The notes under the pieces were generated by a model. It was not told where the DNA came from and did no database searches. It saw only the letters and a program-made list of their open reading frames with translations. A program made the translations under genes and the position numbers. A DNA stretch of 64,000 nucleotides, taken from NCBI RefSeq assembly GCF_000027125.1, contig NC_017626.1; one strand, given 5' to 3'. Positions 52,501 to 60,232 of the stretch are shown in pieces; positions within the stretch are counted from its first letter, which is position 1; every line of letters starts with the position of its first letter. This stretch comes from Escherichia coli 042 (GTDB taxonomy: Bacteria; Pseudomonadota; Gammaproteobacteria; Enterobacterales; Enterobacteriaceae).

Positions 52501-52761
52501 AATAAGATGACCGGTAGCAAAAGCCCCGGCAAATGCCCCCGCCATGTTCAGTGCCGAAGATTTAGCTGTATTTATCTGATCCGTCACTTCTGCCAGTGCA
52601 CGCCGCATTTCACGGGATGCAGCAGCGGACTGTCGGCCTCCGTTCTGCATGGTACGGTAGTAATCCTGCCCCATACGCGAAGACCGGGAGATCTCTGACT
52701 GGAATGACCGGGAATTTGCCGAGATTTTAATAATCAGTTCACGTAATGTCGCCACACTCAT
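49528..52761 (-). CDS. H: tail length tape-measure protein
   Basis: 1077-aa largely alpha-helical ORF between the G/T chaperones and M. Confidence 0.85.
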   Translation of the reverse strand: MSVATLRELIIKISANSRSFQSEISRSSRMGQDYYRTMQNGGRQSAAASREMRRALAEVTDQINTAKSSALNMAGAFAGAFATGHLISLADEWNSVNARLKQASQSSDDFQSSQRELMAISQRTGTAFSDNASLFARSAASMREYGYSSEEVLKVTEAISTGLKLSGASTAEASSVITQFSQALAQGVLRGEEFNSVNENGDRVIRALAAGMGVARKDLKAMADNGKLTADKVVPALISQLGALRDEYAAMPDTVSSSATKVENAFMAWVGGANEASGVTKTLSGVLNGIAGNIDTVATAAGALVAVGVARYFGNMASSAGSATAGLITAARNEVALAEAQLRGTQIATARARAAVYRAQQAVVAARGTERQAAAEAKLTAAQASLTRNIAARTAAQTTLNTVTSVGSRLLSGALGLVGGVPGLVMLGATAWYTMYQNQEQARESARQYAATIDEIRQKTSAMSLPEASDNEEKTRQALDEQNRLIDEQKSKIKSLQEKIAGYQYVLANPGWTTDNGFMINHMTSVKTVTEGLAEATNQLAVEQSRLTQMQGKAQSIQDVLAGLEERRVALIRQQAAEQNKAYQSLLIMNGQHTEFNRLLGLGNELLQQRQGLVNVPLRLPQATLDDKQQTALNNSERELALSRLKGEARERARLGYAADDLGFVGEAYQTARQNYINNSLDAWRNNQANKPKTHKKTEAEKTEDIYKRLIKQQKEQIALAGQNTELAKMKYQVSQGELSTLSEAQKKTLLQNAALIDQKKIREQLAAYESSLADSNASARASDEAQLLGYGEGSRMRERLQEMWSIRQAFEQKNNELLRQYQAGEIEEALWKQEKELNKKYLEERLSDQQDYYAKADALRNNWNAGLQEGLTNWADSATDYASQAADAVVSTMDGLVSNISDALAGNVVDWRNWGSSVLREVSKILMNAAIVNGLKSLSGAGGWLGTVGGWISGAVANAKGGVYTSANLSAYSNTIVDTPTYFAFAKGAGLMGEAGPEAIMPLTRAADGSLGVRAIGNVNGGGGFVYSPVYHISIQNQGSNGEIDARSARGLVDLIDSRVVSIMQSSRRDGGLYSA

Positions 52762-52801
52762 TCTCCGGACGAAAAAAAACCGCCGAAGCGGTTATGTTGA
52801 C

Positions 52802-53092
52802 TCACTGAGACACTATTAAAAGCGCGTTTTCCAGTCCAGCAAATGGATCTGATACGCCTTCTGTCTGCTCCTTCTCCCACTGAAGAAGCGCATCATTCAG
52901 TGGCACTTTGACCCCCTGCGCACCGTAAACAGCTGAAACAATCTGGGCAGCCCGGATATCAGCCCGTTCGTCCCCCAGCGGGCTGAACCTGTCAAATTCT
53001 GCCCACATCATGATTTCTGATGCGGACATTTCCCGGCGTAACTCTGACAATGTGCGCCCCATCCTGAGCGCCAGCATCATCAGAAAACGCAT
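52802..53092 (-). CDS. T: T portion of the G-T tail assembly chaperone fusion (expressed by -1 frameshift from G)
   Basis: ORF in the -1 frame relative to G, directly downstream of a slippery heptamer; this frame is open from the slip site into the ORF. Confidence 0.7.
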   Translation of the reverse strand: MRFLMMLALRMGRTLSELRREMSASEIMMWAEFDRFSPLGDERADIRAAQIVSAVYGAQGVKVPLNDALLQWEKEQTEGVSDPFAGLENALLIVSQ

Positions 53093-53103
53093 CCCCGGAA
53101 GCG

Positions 53104-53490
53104 CTACTTTTTTTTAACCTCGCCGGCATCACTGATCAGTTCCAGAGACTGCCGAAGAAGCCGCGCATGCACCGGGCCATACACGGCAATCACCTGTTCA
53201 CGATCATCCACTGAAAATACAGGTTGCAGTCCGGTATCACACAGAACATCGATGAACAGTTCAACATCCGCTTCCAGATTTCGGCGGGCGCGCTCCGCAA
53301 CGGATAACGGTGTCTCATCATCTTTTGCTTTAACGATCTCCTGCCAGCGCAACCAGGCTTCTGCAGAAGGTTCCCGTAATACAACCGTTGCCCCTTCCCA
53401 TTCAGGCACATCAACAGTTTTATGGCGAAACCCCGACATCGTTGCCAGTGCCAGATTACGGATATTTTTAGTCATCACATCTATCCTCAT
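53104..53490 (-). CDS. G: tail assembly chaperone G
   Basis: 128-aa ORF ending GEVKKK* at a run of A, upstream of the tape-measure gene. Confidence 0.75.
   Translation of the reverse strand: MRIDVMTKNIRNLALATMSGFRHKTVDVPEWEGATVVLREPSAEAWLRWQEIVKAKDDETPLSVAERARRNLEADVELFIDVLCDTGLQPVFSVDDREQVIAVYGPVHARLLRQSLELISDAGEVKKK
53107..53113 (-). promoter_or_regulatory. programmed -1 ribosomal frameshift site (A AAA AAG) joining G to T
   Basis: Minus strand reads GTT AAA AAA AAG TAG; a slip on A AAA AAG gives ...KK-VALPG-MRFLMML..., continuous with the T ORF. Confidence 0.6.
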
Positions 53491-54194
53491 TAACTGACGG
53501 TAACAGTGCAGGAAGTAGAGGTCACCTTGTTAACAGGACTTGCTGAATCAGAAATCTCGCAGGTATATGCACCCGCATCACCGGATACTGCCGATGCCTT
53601 ACTGAACGTTGCCGCCGTCTGTCCGGAAACAGGAGAACCACCTTTCTTCCAGACATAAGAATAAGGCGGCACACCACCCGCAGCCTCAACCGCCATTTCA
53701 AGTTTCGCTCCGGAAGCAACCCGCAGCGTGCTTTTTAAATCGGCCTTCACTTTCAGCGGCTCTGTCGTCAGCACAGGTTTACCTTTCAGGCGCAAGGAAA
53801 ACGTTGCAGCCACAACACCATTGGTTCCTGCAGACCAGGTATGCTGACGCACCTCTGCCATAAAGGTAAATCCGTTGCCTGACGGAAAAATAACTTTAAA
53901 GCCATACGTGGTGTCATTGTCATAGGCACTGCGCAACGCGTTCTGGGCAGCATTCAGATAAAAGTTGCCTGACATGGAAATCTCTGAAGCAGCCCCAAGG
54001 CCGTTAATATTTTCCTGCTCAACAGAACACAGCGTGGTGACATCAATATCCTGCTTTTGTCCTGCGGTAAACTGCACCTCTTTGATTGTACAGCTCAGGC
54101 CAAGATAGCTGGCAGAATCCAGGGTTTCTGCTGTTACCGGTGCAGACGAAATCATAATTTTCGTCAGTTGCGAACGCTCAAAATTAGAGGACAT
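53490..54194 (-). CDS. major tail protein with C-terminal Ig-like domain
   Basis: 234-aa ORF immediately upstream of G; the C-terminal 90 aa look like a Big_2-type Ig domain (PPYSYVWKKGG...GAYTCEISD); not lambda V-like in sequence. Confidence 0.65.
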   Translation of the reverse strand: MSSNFERSQLTKIMISSAPVTAETLDSASYLGLSCTIKEVQFTAGQKQDIDVTTLCSVEQENINGLGAASEISMSGNFYLNAAQNALRSAYDNDTTYGFKVIFPSGNGFTFMAEVRQHTWSAGTNGVVAATFSLRLKGKPVLTTEPLKVKADLKSTLRVASGAKLEMAVEAAGGVPPYSYVWKKGGSPVSGQTAATFSKASAVSGDAGAYTCEISDSASPVNKVTSTSCTVTVS

Positions 54195-54254
54195 ACTCGT
54201 CTCCTGAAAATAAAAAAACCCGCCAGCGGCGGGTGGGTAAAATCATTAATGACC

Positions 54255-54599
54255 TCAGGCTATTACTTGGAATTCAAGCGTGGCTCTGCTCAGACGGGAG
54301 TCAGGATCATAACCCTGCGTTTTAGAAATAACGGAGGGTGCCAGTTTTCTTACCACATCAAGCGCCTGCTCACGAATATTATCTGCGTCATCAGGTACTG
54401 TCGCCCAGACATCGATCTGCACGGTAATTCTGGATTCAGCCTGCCCATCAAGCACATCAGATGCCGTGTCAGACACCACAGAAAACACCAGCCACGGCGG
54501 AGATACCGCAGGCTTTCCATCCGTCAGTGGGACCACATAAGGATAAACCTGTCCTCCGGCCAGCTGAGACAACAGGGAATACAGTGTGGCCTCTCTCAT
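54255..54599 (-). CDS. tail completion / head-tail joining protein (family uncertain)
   Basis: 114-aa ORF between the connector genes and the major tail gene. Confidence 0.4.
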   Translation of the reverse strand: MREATLYSLLSQLAGGQVYPYVVPLTDGKPAVSPPWLVFSVVSDTASDVLDGQAESRITVQIDVWATVPDDADNIREQALDVVRKLAPSVISKTQGYDPDSRLSRATLEFQVIA

Positions 54600-55045
54600 T
54601 TACTTAAGACCTCATCAATAGCCTGATTCATTCGCTGTATGGCAATCCGTGCTGCCAGTTCCTCTGTCGTATCGAAAGCCGGGCGAATGAATGGATGCGC
54701 GGGCATGTTTATCGTTCCCAGCTCCACAAAGCGCCAGTAAAATGCATTTCGGGGATCGCTGGCTTTCATGCTGTTATCACTGTTTCCGGTTCGCAGGTTC
54801 CGTCCGCGAATGTGGACACCCGAGATAATTTCCCCCCGACGCTTTGAACGCTGAGTGAGAACAACCACATTTTTCTTCAGTTTCCCGGTTCGCTCCGGCG
54901 CACGTTCAACAACTGCATCCCGCATAACTTCAGCACCGGCACGGGTGGCATCGCGCAGAACCTTATTGTTTTCTGCCCTGCTGAGCGTCTCCAAATCCCG
55001 TGCAATATCCGCCAGGCCGGAAAAATCAAGACTGAAATCCATCAC
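54596..55045 (-). CDS. HK97 gp10-like tail component protein
   Basis: 149-aa ORF with the family motif as I recall it (NAFYWRFVELGT...PAHPFIRPAF). Confidence 0.5.
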   Translation of the reverse strand: MMDFSLDFSGLADIARDLETLSRAENNKVLRDATRAGAEVMRDAVVERAPERTGKLKKNVVVLTQRSKRRGEIISGVHIRGRNLRTGNSDNSMKASDPRNAFYWRFVELGTINMPAHPFIRPAFDTTEELAARIAIQRMNQAIDEVLSK

Positions 55046-55380
55046 ACATTCCCCTTCAGGCTGCAGAGTATTTCAAGCCGGGTAGCGCGTGCATCCGGTA
55101 TTGGTGGACCTTCTATACCCAGAATGGCCCCTTTAAATGCACCGGTCAGCACTTTCAGACGTGAAGTCGCTGTCACATCGCGCCGGAATCTCATCCAGAC
55201 TCTGACCGTAGCCTGAGCGGTTTCTGCTCCGCCTGAGATTATCTCCCTCCCGCTGATACCCTTAACTTCTGCCCATACGGTAGCTCCCTCCGTCACCGTC
55301 TCCACCGGATGCCCTGACGGAGAGCGGGCGGTGGTGACATTCAGAATAATTACGCGATCACGTAATCTGCCCGCCTGCAT
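55042..55380 (-). CDS. head closure / head-tail adaptor protein
   Basis: 112-aa ORF in the connector position of an HK97-type head module. Confidence 0.5.
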   Translation of the reverse strand: MQAGRLRDRVIILNVTTARSPSGHPVETVTEGATVWAEVKGISGREIISGGAETAQATVRVWMRFRRDVTATSRLKVLTGAFKGAILGIEGPPIPDARATRLEILCSLKGNV

Positions 55381-55388
55381 GTCTCCTC

Positions 55389-55739
55389 CTACAAAGGAAT
55401 AAAACGATAAGGCTCCAGCAGAGAAGAAAAACCAAACGGGACTGGTGCCTTGCTGACATCTGAGGAATTTTCCCGGTTTTCGTACCAGTGCCCGACCAGC
55501 AACATGAGCGCCAGCAAAACATCATCAGCTATAAGCACCCCTTCAGGATCACCTTCCGGCACCGTCTCCTCATAAAGCTTACGGTTGATAAAATTTTCTG
55601 CCTTGCGGCAGGCAGCCCGGAAATACAGCATCAGTAACTCATCATCAGTTGCATCATCTGTATCAATACGGCACTGCGCCCTGAGTTTTTCCACTATTGC
55701 TGCCATCAGAAACTCCTGCCCGCAACACTGTGCGGGCAT
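55389..55739 (-). CDS. gp6-like head-tail connector protein
   Basis: Follows the capsid gene; the track ORF has an implausible hydrophobic leader, so the start is set at an internal ATG; conserved YENRE motif region. Confidence 0.5.
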   Translation of the reverse strand: MPAQCCGQEFLMAAIVEKLRAQCRIDTDDATDDELLMLYFRAACRKAENFINRKLYEETVPEGDPEGVLIADDVLLALMLLVGHWYENRENSSDVSKAPVPFGFSSLLEPYRFIPL

Positions 55740-55782
55740 AAAAAAACCGCGTCGGCGCGGTCTGTAACTGAACAACGAGTGG

Positions 55783-57000
55783 TTATTTGCCAGTGAGCGC
55801 CTTGATGGCTGCCACATCTTCCAGCACACAGTCAAAACGATGGAAAGCCAGAAATGCCACCTGATCAAACTCAGCATAACGCTCAACCAGACGTTTCAGT
55901 TCCATATAAGTAACGCGGCGAATGATAAAGCGGTTGAAATCCCCCAGGAAAATGAATTTTTTTCCGGTACCAATCCCGTCAATAGCCTGATCAATAACAT
56001 AAGGGATCCCCAGCACAGTAGCCGGCGTACCGCCTGCAATATCCGGCAGCCATAACGGGCGTTTCTGTCCATCCTCCATCTCTTCAATAGTCTGCAATGT
56101 GGCATCATTGAATGCCCAGCGGTATTTCGGCCCACCACGATATGCCGGATCAATGGCATGTTTCAGGGCATTCATTTCTTTCCAGGTGAAAGCGGCAGAG
56201 GCTGCAGTCTGGATGATTCCCGTCACCGACGCTGCCAGCCCTTTTGGCTGTAACGGTGATCCCGTTCCGGTCCCCTGAACCAGATATTTCGCCTCTCCAC
56301 GACCAATACGCTGGGCAATACGGTTTGCCAGATAAGATTCAATATCCACCCCACTGTCCTGGAGCAGCTCATTGGACACACGAATTATTTTTGATGACAG
56401 CTTTTTAGCCCCCAGAATAGCGGTCCCGAACGTCACATCCTGTTCCGTTGCGGCTGTATTTTCCGCCAGCAGTTCGCCCTCTTCAGTCGTGCCATCAGAC
56501 GTTGACCAGGTGATATCCTGCCCGGTTGATGTGGTCAGAAGTTGCGCAACACTGGCAATCCCGCCATAAGCCTTCATGGTGTCAATGATTTTGTTACGCA
56601 TCTGCGTGGGCACCGTATATCCGCCCTGAGAATCCGTTGTTACACTCTGAGCCCGCAGTTCACGCATCAGATTACGCTCTTCAGCATTCAGTTCTGCAAA
56701 TCCGGCACGCAGAAAACGGTTAAATGCCGCAGCGCGCTTCTCTTCCACCGCCTTTTTCCCGTTCTCCGCCTCATTATTCTGGCGCTCTTCCGGCCCGGAC
56801 TCATCCACATATGCCTGATCCTGACGGCGCAACTCTTCTTCACGGGCGATTTGCTCATCCAGCGCATCCAGCTCAGCTTTCGCCCTGTTCCACTCTGCCC
56901 GTTGCTCATCAGTCCATGCGTTATCACCAATTTTTTCATGCAGTGCACGCATATCCTTTGCAATGGTGTTTCGTTTTTGCTTCATCTCATGAAGTTTCAT
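55783..57000 (-). CDS. HK97-family major capsid protein
   Basis: 405-aa ORF with N-terminal coiled-coil delta domain and C-terminal HK97-fold region, after the prohead protease. Confidence 0.85.
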   Translation of the reverse strand: MKLHEMKQKRNTIAKDMRALHEKIGDNAWTDEQRAEWNRAKAELDALDEQIAREEELRRQDQAYVDESGPEERQNNEAENGKKAVEEKRAAAFNRFLRAGFAELNAEERNLMRELRAQSVTTDSQGGYTVPTQMRNKIIDTMKAYGGIASVAQLLTTSTGQDITWSTSDGTTEEGELLAENTAATEQDVTFGTAILGAKKLSSKIIRVSNELLQDSGVDIESYLANRIAQRIGRGEAKYLVQGTGTGSPLQPKGLAASVTGIIQTAASAAFTWKEMNALKHAIDPAYRGGPKYRWAFNDATLQTIEEMEDGQKRPLWLPDIAGGTPATVLGIPYVIDQAIDGIGTGKKFIFLGDFNRFIIRRVTYMELKRLVERYAEFDQVAFLAFHRFDCVLEDVAAIKALTGK

Positions 57001-57014
57001 CGTCAGTAGTATCC

Positions 57015-57614
57015 TTATGCATTAAGAAGGGTCAAAAGACGCTCACGCGCCATTCGTTCGTTAACAGCTTTCTTCAGCGCACCACTCGCCCGCGCTTCCT
57101 GCCAGGCTTTCATTGAGCGGACACCAGAGTCTGCGTCCTGATAGGCCGGATATGTCACCGGGCTGACGTCATACAGACGAGAAATGCGCGTGATTTCCCG
57201 GATAACAATCCCCTCGTCGTCTTCATACCAGCTCTCTCCATCACGAGCGACGCGAAACGCGAACGAGGACTGATTAATGTCACCACGCAACATTGGTGAC
57301 AGCACCAGGTCACAAATCGTCGGCGTATCCGGTGCAACAATGTCGTAACGCAAACCACGTTCATCCACTGATAATGACAACGTGCCGGCAGAACTTCGTC
57401 CGAGAATGAAATTAGGATCATGATTAAACAATCCACGTACATCATCATTCAGCACGTCGTCAAAAGCCCCCGGCTTGATGATTTCACGAAATCCCCACAG
57501 AGGTTCTGAACGACTGTTAAATACCGAGCCATACCCCAAAATATGAGTCGGGGCATTATCATATTGTTCTGCCCGCACTTCCCCGCTGTAACAGCGCGTT
57601 TCACGGTCATTCAT
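57015..57614 (-). CDS. HK97-family prohead maturation protease
   Basis: About 200-aa ORF between portal and capsid; start chosen at the internal ATG overlapping the portal stop by 8 nt. Confidence 0.8.
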   Translation of the reverse strand: MNDRETRCYSGEVRAEQYDNAPTHILGYGSVFNSRSEPLWGFREIIKPGAFDDVLNDDVRGLFNHDPNFILGRSSAGTLSLSVDERGLRYDIVAPDTPTICDLVLSPMLRGDINQSSFAFRVARDGESWYEDDEGIVIREITRISRLYDVSPVTYPAYQDADSGVRSMKAWQEARASGALKKAVNERMARERLLTLLNA

Positions 57615-58833
57615 CGTTCTTTTCCTCTTTGCCTTTCGTATCTTTAAAATCATTCAACGGATTTGCTGCATTTACGCTGACCAGCATTTCATCCAGACCA
57701 TCAACCGGGTTCATGTCCTCAAATGCCCTCGCTTCATTCCGGCTCATCCAGCCATCTGTAATGGCAAAGTGATAAAACTGCGCACGCTCCTGTGGAGTCC
57801 CGCGGAGCAATCCTGTAAGGTTGAAACGAACGTAATACCCGGCAGCCCGTTCTGTGCGGGTAAACAGGCGACGGTTAAGCTCCTGCTCCCAGTTCGCAAC
57901 CCAGGGCATCATCGTGTAGCGAACAAACTGAATCGCCTGCTGTGTAATATTCGAAAATGTGGCTTTTTCCAGGTCATTAATCATGTGCGCCGGGACATTA
58001 AAAATTCCGGCAATCATCGACCGGTTCAGCTTGGTCATATCAATGATCTGAGCATCCACCGGAGAAACTGTCAGGGCACGGTAATCCAGTTGCGCAGGCA
58101 GCAGCATGGTTTTATTTTCCTGACTGCGAAGCTCTGTCACCGCCCGCTGCCACATATTCTTGAGCCTGCTCCAACTCTGTTCGTTCAGTTCATTTTTCAC
58201 AGAAATAATCCCGGCAGGACGGGCATTACCGTTAAAAAAAGCACTGGTATACTGCTGACCACTCATTCCCATACCAATGGTTTCAGCATGCTGCATGATC
58301 GGACTCAGTCCCATTTTCTGATTGTTTCCCAGCGCCCTGATATGGATCATGTCGTCCGGACTTACCGCAAATGCACCCTCTTCGTTATACACACCGTAGG
58401 TATGACGCCCTCCAGTGTTAAGTAACGTGGTTTCCCATGGCATACAGCATTCAAGACTGGTAACCTCGCCACGACGATTACGTTTCACCCACGTATAACC
58501 ATTGCCCCACCCCAGCACATGACGCTGCTTCAGTTCCCGCCACTTATAGCTGGTCTGCCAGGCATTCGGTTCATCATGAACGAGCCAGAACAACGGGTGA
58601 TCGCGTGCCGGCTGAACATGCTCATTCGTTTTTCGCATCACATGCAGGGGCATCTGAGCCACACTGGATGAAATAACATAAATACAGGCATAGACAGCAG
58701 CCAGCCTCATGGACGTTTCCGGACTGACATACACATCCCGGGCAAAAATATTATCCGTCTCAGCGGCCTCTCCGGTTACCGGAACCGAGGGATTTTCCAG
58801 AGGCTCACTGCGAAACAGAGCATCAAGAAGCAT
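57607..58833 (-). CDS. HK97-family portal protein
   Basis: 408-aa ORF upstream of protease and capsid, with conserved portal C-terminal region (MMPWVANWEQELNRRLF). Confidence 0.85.
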   Translation of the reverse strand: MLLDALFRSEPLENPSVPVTGEAAETDNIFARDVYVSPETSMRLAAVYACIYVISSSVAQMPLHVMRKTNEHVQPARDHPLFWLVHDEPNAWQTSYKWRELKQRHVLGWGNGYTWVKRNRRGEVTSLECCMPWETTLLNTGGRHTYGVYNEEGAFAVSPDDMIHIRALGNNQKMGLSPIMQHAETIGMGMSGQQYTSAFFNGNARPAGIISVKNELNEQSWSRLKNMWQRAVTELRSQENKTMLLPAQLDYRALTVSPVDAQIIDMTKLNRSMIAGIFNVPAHMINDLEKATFSNITQQAIQFVRYTMMPWVANWEQELNRRLFTRTERAAGYYVRFNLTGLLRGTPQERAQFYHFAITDGWMSRNEARAFEDMNPVDGLDEMLVSVNAANPLNDFKDTKGKEEKNDE

Positions 58834-58980
58834 GTTTTCTCCTCATGGACACCACCAGTGCATAAAGCAGCAACAAACAGCCAGACAGCATCAGAGACGC
58901 TGGCAGACCTGCATACAGATAAACGCCAGCAGTGAGCAGACCGAAACCGATCAGCCCGGTCATATCAGTAATAAGCTGTT

Positions 58981-59706
58981 TCACAGAATTAACAGGTCCT
59001 CATCAGGATCAAGCGTGGACAGAAAGTCATTCACGCCCCCGCCATTTACCAGAAAGCGGCTCATGGCTGTAAAAAGCGCAACAGGGCCGTCGATTTTGGC
59101 TTCCGGCGTGGATTTATTCGGGAAGATGTTGTCGTTTTTGTCCGGTTTTACAGTAACGTTAGACATCATCCAGTTCATGACCGGATGATTGCTGTGATGG
59201 AAACGCCCGGCATAAACCAGTGATTCCGTTTCCTTCATGGCCTCTGACAGATTGCGGACCGTCTGCGGAACCTCCACCAGCGGTATCCCTTCTTCAGCCA
59301 GTGCCAGACTGAACTGCATTGCGCTCCACGGGTCAAATCCCAGTTCCCTGAGGTTTTCACCGCCAATCCATTCCAGTAAGTCACTTTTTATCTGAGCATG
59401 ATCGATAACATCACCATCCGTCAGGATGAGCTTATCCATCTCCGCCCACTTCCGGTAAAGTTCTGCCTGCTGCCGCGAGCATCGTTCCAGCCGTCCTTCC
59501 GGAAGCCAGAATTTAAAATCAGCATGAACATGTCCGTTATCGGTTCGCCAGAGTTTTGCCGCCGCACAGATATCAATCTTATGAGCAAGGTCGACGCCGA
59601 CCCACATGGGATATGTTTTCAGCTCATGTTGTGGAGCAATGTATTCGCACTTCTCCCACTTAATCATATCCATCCAGGCAGATTCGGCAGTGACCCACAC
59701 ATTCAT
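58981..59706 (-). pseudogene. 5'-truncated terminase large subunit (C-terminal nuclease domain only)
   Basis: 241-aa ORF aligns to residues about 315-553 of the intact TerL at 60233..61894 (for example NVTVKPDKNDNIFPNKSTPEAKIDGPVALF versus NVVMQSDANANIKPNKKKSSNKIDPSVAAL) and lacks the ATPase domain. Confidence 0.65.
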
Positions 59707-59998
59707 GTGTTTGGTAAGAATATTTCAAGTTTTTTAAAATTGACTGTATATCAATCGTTTAACATGAAAAAACAGTCTTTATAAATCATCGAGCAATACA
59801 CAGCGCAATACACGTATCTGTATTGTTTTAATGCTGATACACACCGTTTTTTGATACAGTGATTCGACCTACCATCGCGAAGCATTTTTTATTTCTTGTG
59901 TGTAACAATCTGACGAGGTGAGCACTCAAAGAGATAAGAGGCAGTAGAAATTTCGATCCCCCCTGAATGCAATTTTTCGTATATATATACAAAACAGT

Positions 59999-60151
59999 GC
60001 GGGTTATGCGGGTTAGCGGGTTATCTTCGCGTGCTAATTATCTTTTACTCTTTAATATCAATATGTTAAAAAACAACGCATTTAAATATCAGCCAGAATG
60101 TAACCCGCAAGACATTCAAAATAACCCGCAAACACCCCTCAAATAACCCGC
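59999..60151. repeat. iteron-like repeat cluster around an AT-rich core
   Basis: Three tandem GCGGGTTA(T) units at about 59999-60024 and three inverted copies (A)TAACCCGC at about 60101, 60121 and 60143, spaced about 21 bp, flanking an AT-rich centre. Confidence 0.7.
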
Positions 60152-60232
60152 AAAAACATCCCTGAAAGTAGGTGCCGGTAATACTGAAAATTTATTCCAT
60201 TAAATGAGCATTGTCCTCTCTCATCCATTCCG

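Noticed and set aside
54057-54626. 189-aa plus-strand ORF
   Set aside because: Antisense across the major tail protein and tail completion genes; Arg/Cys-rich junk translation.
59999-60151. CRISPR array
   Set aside because: Repeats are 8-9 nt and directly adjacent or about 21 bp apart, with inverted copies; there is no 28-37 nt repeat-spacer periodicity and no cas genes nearby.
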